From the NCBI RefSeq assembly GCF_018350175.1, contig NC_058368.1, positions 22,198,001-22,262,000 on the forward strand: a stretch of DNA of 64,000 bases, given 5' to 3'. Made by a program: the position numbers and the translations under genes. The notes under the pieces are model-generated. The model was not told the DNA's origin. It saw only the letters and a program-made list of their open reading frames with translations, and did not search any database. Below are positions 59,531 to 64,000 of this stretch, one piece after another (position 1 is the first letter of the stretch; the number at the start of each line of letters is the position of its first letter). This stretch comes from Felis catus. Taxonomy: Eukaryota.

Positions 59531-59814
59531 CTGTATGTTGTATCTGGTTGCAAATTGTCTATAATATAGCTTGTAACCTTTCCCACTGCCAAGGGCTGTT
59601 TATCTCCAAAGTCGATGCTGTAGGCAAGGATTTCTGAACCATGGTCACAAGGCTTTTCCCAGCTTATTGCAAGGCATGTAGAAGGTGAATAATGAGGATT
59701 TTCTATATCATCATCACTTATTTCTTGAAGACAAGTCACAACAGCAGGAACTGATGGTGGAGTCACACAGGCTACTACTTCACTGAAAGGGCCTGCACCC
59801 ACAACACTCAGAGC
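59531..59814 (-). CDS. FNDC3A: FNDC3A internal coding exon, 284 nt
   Basis: gtag|GCTCTG...TACAG|gtacac; ALSVVGAGPFSEVVACVTPPSVP...LQPDTTY(R). Confidence 0.95.
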
Positions 59815-59915
59815 CTACAAATTAACAGAGCCCGTAAGTTAAAAAAACATGACCATCAAAATGCTCACAGAACACAAAAATCTGGCTAGAGTAACAAAGC
59901 CCGGACCACCTTTAC

Positions 59916-60065
59916 CTGGACTCTGCAATAATAGGTGGTTGCTGGTGAAAGTCCTTTTAACTCATAACTGAGACCAGGCCCACAGTAACACATCTGCATA
60001 CTTCCTTCAACGCCTCCCCACTCCAGTCGATATTCAGTGACATCTGTTCCGTTACTCAAAGGGAT
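59916..60065 (-). CDS. FNDC3A: FNDC3A internal coding exon, 150 nt
   Basis: aaag|ATCCCT...GTCCAG|gtaaag; IPLSNGTDVTEYRLEWGGVEGSMQMCYCGPGLSYELKGLSPATTYYCRVQ. Confidence 0.95.
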
Positions 60066-60717
60066 CTTTAAATTAAAAAGAGGAAAAGGTCTTAAGTCTT
60101 GACACTGATTAGTTTTTAGGCACAAATGTTCTTTACCTGCACATATCAAACTGAATTGCTTTTGAATTTCTTTGAAATGTTCAAGTGGGATTAAAACTGT
60201 TTAATATTACATTTTTATTCATTAAGGTCACCTGAATTTAAGACTGATAAAAAAATATAACTTTGTTTTCAATTATAAGTAGAAATATGACTAAATCACT
60301 TTAGAAAGAATTTTAAGGTAAATATACTTCAATATAATTCTATTAAGTAATATAAATGTTAAATCATGTAAGGACATTTTCTTTGTTAAATTTCAAAGGA
60401 AACTGAAAATTTAATTATCATTACTATTACTGTACATAATAAAACACAGTGGAAATAATAAATACAAGAGAAATAGTATTATACTAATCCCTATGAATGT
60501 TTGTTCTGAACATTAAGCTCACCAGTGGCTAAGTATCTTGGTAATGAGACAAAGCCTTTGAAAAAATACAAAGCACATCATGAACAAGAAACCATATACT
60601 TGTAATGCAAATATACCTTACTTAAATGCTTCAAAGCAAAAATTTCACTTTATAACACATGAACTTAAGTAGGCCTTACTGTTTGCATGATTTAGGAGGT
60701 TAAATGAATAGTATCTC

Positions 60718-60860
60718 GGGGCCCCTGGGTGGCTCAGTCAGCTCAGATCATGATCTCATGGTTTGTGGGTTCTAGCCCCGCATTGGGCTCTGCACTGACA
60801 ATGAGGAGCCTGCTTGGGATTCTCTCTCCCTCTCAAAATAAATGAATAAACTTAAAAAAA
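60718..60860 (+). mobile_element. Internally deleted CanSINE, TSD aaatgaatagtatctc
   Basis: Head, tail, perfect 16-bp TSD. Confidence 0.9.
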
Positions 60861-60936
60861 AATGAATAGTATCTCTATTCTTTTATATGAACTATTCTAA
60901 TTACTTAAGAGAGTAAGTCAATGGGAATTACAGTAC

Positions 60937-61050
60937 CTCCCAATTCACTTGTGCACAAGTTGCAGATCTGCATGTAACTTGAGGGGGCTTGCACTGATCT
61001 GGTGGTCCAGGGGCTGTAGTAATATCACATTTTTCTGAAAATGGTCCAAA
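60937..61050 (-). CDS. FNDC3A: FNDC3A internal coding exon, 114 nt
   Basis: ctag|TTTGGA...TGGGAG|gtactg; FGPFSEKCDITTAPGPPDQCKPPQVTCRSATCAQVNWE. Confidence 0.94.
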
Positions 61051-62513
61051 CTAGAAAAACAAACATAACCAGCATTTTCATTTTTCACCCACAAATTGCA
61101 CAGCTCTCCATAAATATTCACATACATAAATAAGTGCATAATCCTTCTCCTTCAAGACTGACTGGTCATAATAGAACTCTAAAAGCATTCATAGAAAGGA
61201 AAAAGATTTAATGATTATGGAAGTTACTATGTCAGGTATTTTTAAGTTTCATTTACTGTAACTTTTTTCTCTTGTTCCTTTTCCTTTTTCCTTCATGACT
61301 GATTTTGTAAGAAGGGCAGGGCATTAGGGAATTAGGTACATGGAATAAGTCAGGAGAAATTATATGAGGAGTGAAGGAAAGGATACCAATTAAAGGCATG
61401 AAAAATGGTAGGCATAAATTATATCTTAAAATTTAGAATAGCTTTAAAAAGGGTATAAAATGTATACTCTCTGGAAGTGCAGAAAGCAAATTATTTACAA
61501 TGATTGTCACAAATTATCAGAATCCTGAAAATACAGATTAAGTAAGTATTAAAGATGCTATCCCAGTGTACTGCAGCCTTGTGGGGCTGACAAGATGATA
61601 ACTTCAGACAGAACACTATGACTTATGTAAGAACTGCCAAAAAGGACTGACACAAGAAATTTTAAGATAAGTTTACAGATACAGATACTGAACTTAGTTG
61701 GAGAATGGGACATAAAATAGTAAAGTTCACTAACATATGAAGTAATGGGAGGGGAGAGACTTGGCAGTTTAATTTTGTGAAATTATAGAGTAAGGAAACA
61801 TAATGTTATTCAACTAAGACAAGAAATTACTGCTTTGTCCTGAGAGAATCTGTTTTAATGCAGAGATGAGAAATGTCCTGGTTGAGTGGAAGGGGCTTTG
61901 GCTCTGGAGTCTGACAGCCCTGAATCTGTGGCTTATCTCTGTCACTTCTTATTTGGGTGACTGTGGACAAGATGTTTAGTTTTTCTGAGCCCCAGCCTCC
62001 TCAGCTGTACAATGGAGATACCACCTGTTTTGTCCATTTTACGGAACTGTACAGATACACAGAGAATACTTTTTAAAAAGTCACATAAAGCCAGAAATGC
62101 TTAAAATATGTTATCTTTTCCTTAGGCAAAAAATGAATCACAATTAGTAGCCAAATAAAATAAATGCTGTATATAACCAGCCTCAAAAAACTTAATTATC
62201 CAAAGTATTTCATCTAATAGTTTTGTTCTTACTCAACTTATTAAGTAAACCCTATTAGCATCACCTGAAAGGCAAACTTCAACCCAGCTAAAGTTCCGAG
62301 TGTCACAAATTATAAATGGGGTTTGAAAATACTGAGATTCTATAATAACTATCATATATACAGACCTCTCTCTTATTTATCAATATAGGCTTATTAAAAA
62401 CAGTAAAATTTGGAGTCACATGTTGAAAGCAAAACGGCTAACTAATGGGTGCAATTATGTATGTTCTGTGAACTACCACTGTGATTATAATTCAATCAGC
62501 AGAGTCTTCCTAC

Positions 62514-62689
62514 CCCCATTTTGTTAGCTGCATGCAGTCTGAAGCTATAAGTCTTTCCAGGAAGAAGGTTGCTCACTGTACATTCTACTTCAGAACCTTG
62601 GTAAACTTCTCTGGGTTCATCTTTTTCTACAGGAGACATCTCCACACCATAGCAGAAAATGGGTGATCCACCATCAACCAGAGGGGGTC
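62514..62689 (-). CDS. FNDC3A: FNDC3A internal coding exon, 176 nt
   Basis: ttag|GACCC...ATGGGG|gtagga; PPLVDGGSPIFCYGVEMSPVEKDEPREVYQGSEVECTVSNLLPGKTYSFRLHAANKMG (FN3 repeat). Confidence 0.94.
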
Positions 62690-62776
62690 CTAAAGGTGGA
62701 AAGATTTATGCAATTTAACAAAAGGAATATATTTAGTACTAACTCCATTATAATTTATTACCAAAATGAAAATTAC

Positions 62777-62882
62777 CCCATCGTAACTGTATTTCTTTTG
62801 CTTTGGGTCTACCCTGTAATCTGGGCGGGAGGCATGGGCCAGGAGGCACAGCTGGAGTCTGCACAAGTAAAGATTCAGATAC
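62777..62882 (-). CDS. FNDC3A: FNDC3A internal coding exon (9th from last), 106 nt
   Basis: gcag|GTATCT...TGGG|gtaatt; VSESLLVQTPAVPPGPCLPPRLQGRPKAKEIQLRW(G). Confidence 0.93.
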
Positions 62883-63825
62883 CTGCCAAAACAAAAGCAA
62901 TAACAAAACAAAAATGCCCCAACCGGAATGCTTTTGTTAAAGAAAAATAACACGAACACAAAGACTGCATCAATAATTTGAAATTCTACTTGACTATCAA
63001 TTGAAAAGGAATAAAGTTCTAAATAAAATAAGAACCCAATTAAATCATTAAAACTCTGATTTTATATTAACAAATAAAGACACATATTATGTGACAACTA
63101 TATACAAAGAAAGTTACCAGAAAAAAAGAACAAAAAACTCTTCATCTTTCCATAATTGAAAAACAACAAAAAAATAACCTTCAGCAAAACCTACTGGACT
63201 AATAAAGATTATTTTTGATCTCATCCAAATGGATCCACAAATCTCTTCTAAGGATGTTTTCATATTCTGTAAATACTGTTTGCCATGTTTTCAGAAGGTA
63301 TGGACTATTTTGGTTACTTTAACTGTATATTGTATTTTTAACCTAAATATTAATATACATGTATGCATATAAAATCTTTCCTTTTTCTTTTCCACCTAAA
63401 AATAATTCAAAAATCAGGTTAACTTTTCCAAGTGCTTGGTATCTTTCCAGGTATTTGGTATTATCTTGGTTTCGATGTTATTTAAAAAATGTCTATCGTT
63501 TAGTTTTATTTTAAAAGACTTCTTTTACAAACACTGACATGCACTCAGTACCATATCCTTAACTGCACTGTATTAAGGTTTACACTTAATATTCTTTACA
63601 AACATAAATATTTGGTCATCACCTTATTTAGAAAGGTATCCTATATGAGAATGCTATATCACTGTATTAGAAAATTAGGGTTGTTTTTGGGGTGGGATCT
63701 GTTCTTTCTAATCCTGGAAGATGTTCTTATTAGATACAGTGAAGCAACTGGATCCCAAGCCTGTTGGGTAGGACTTGCATGCAGTTTCCTAATACTTCCA
63801 TTTTCAACAAAATGCTTATAAATTC

Positions 63826-64000
63826 ATTTTTCAATGTTTATTTATTTTTGGAACAGAGAGAGACAGAGCATGAACGGGGGAGGGGCAGAGAGAGAGGGAG
63901 ACACAGAATCGGAAACAGGCTCCAGGCTCTGAGCCATCAGCCCAGAGCCTGACGCGGGGCTCGAACTCACGGACCGCGAGATCGTGACCTGGCTGAAGTC
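63826..64000 (-). mobile_element. Very young SINEC_Fc-like CanSINE (runs off the window edge)
   Basis: Near-identical to the copies at 22561 and 43498. Confidence 0.93.

Noticed and set aside
1371..64000. Recurrent ~200-bp repeats with tRNA-like heads as tRNA genes or a CRISPR-like array
   Set aside because: They are dispersed CanSINEs with CT tracts, A-tails and TSDs; there is no regular repeat-spacer structure and the DNA is mammalian

Overview
Mammalian genomic DNA, almost certainly from a felid: it is dense in carnivore tRNA-derived CanSINEs, including very young SINEC_Fc-like copies. The window holds the conserved FNDC3A - MLNR - CDADC1 block, all three on the minus strand. It contains the last nine coding exons and ~2.2 kb 3'UTR of FNDC3A (44.5-62.9 kb), an intact two-exon motilin receptor gene MLNR (35.9-37.9 kb, 429 aa), and the CpG-island promoter plus coding exons 1-4 of CDADC1 (2.2-21.1 kb; the rest lies off the left edge). 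I checked all exon boundaries by hand for GT-AG and frame continuity. CDADC1 intron 3 carries a decayed ~7.7 kb two-LTR ERV1-class provirus in antisense orientation, with gag, integrase and env remnants and nested SINEs. The remainder is interspersed repeats and microsatellites. I find no evidence of a wholly new multi-gene system. The most interesting unexplained signals are splicing-level: (1) a candidate in-frame 96-nt cassette exon in CDADC1 intron 3, (2) a SINE-derived poison-exon candidate with a perfect 5' splice site, (3) apparent loss of the human-type MLNR 1B isoform together with a longer receptor C-tail, and (4) a possible divergent spliced lncRNA between CDADC1 and MLNR. Repeat family names and human-protein comparisons come from recall, not from a search.
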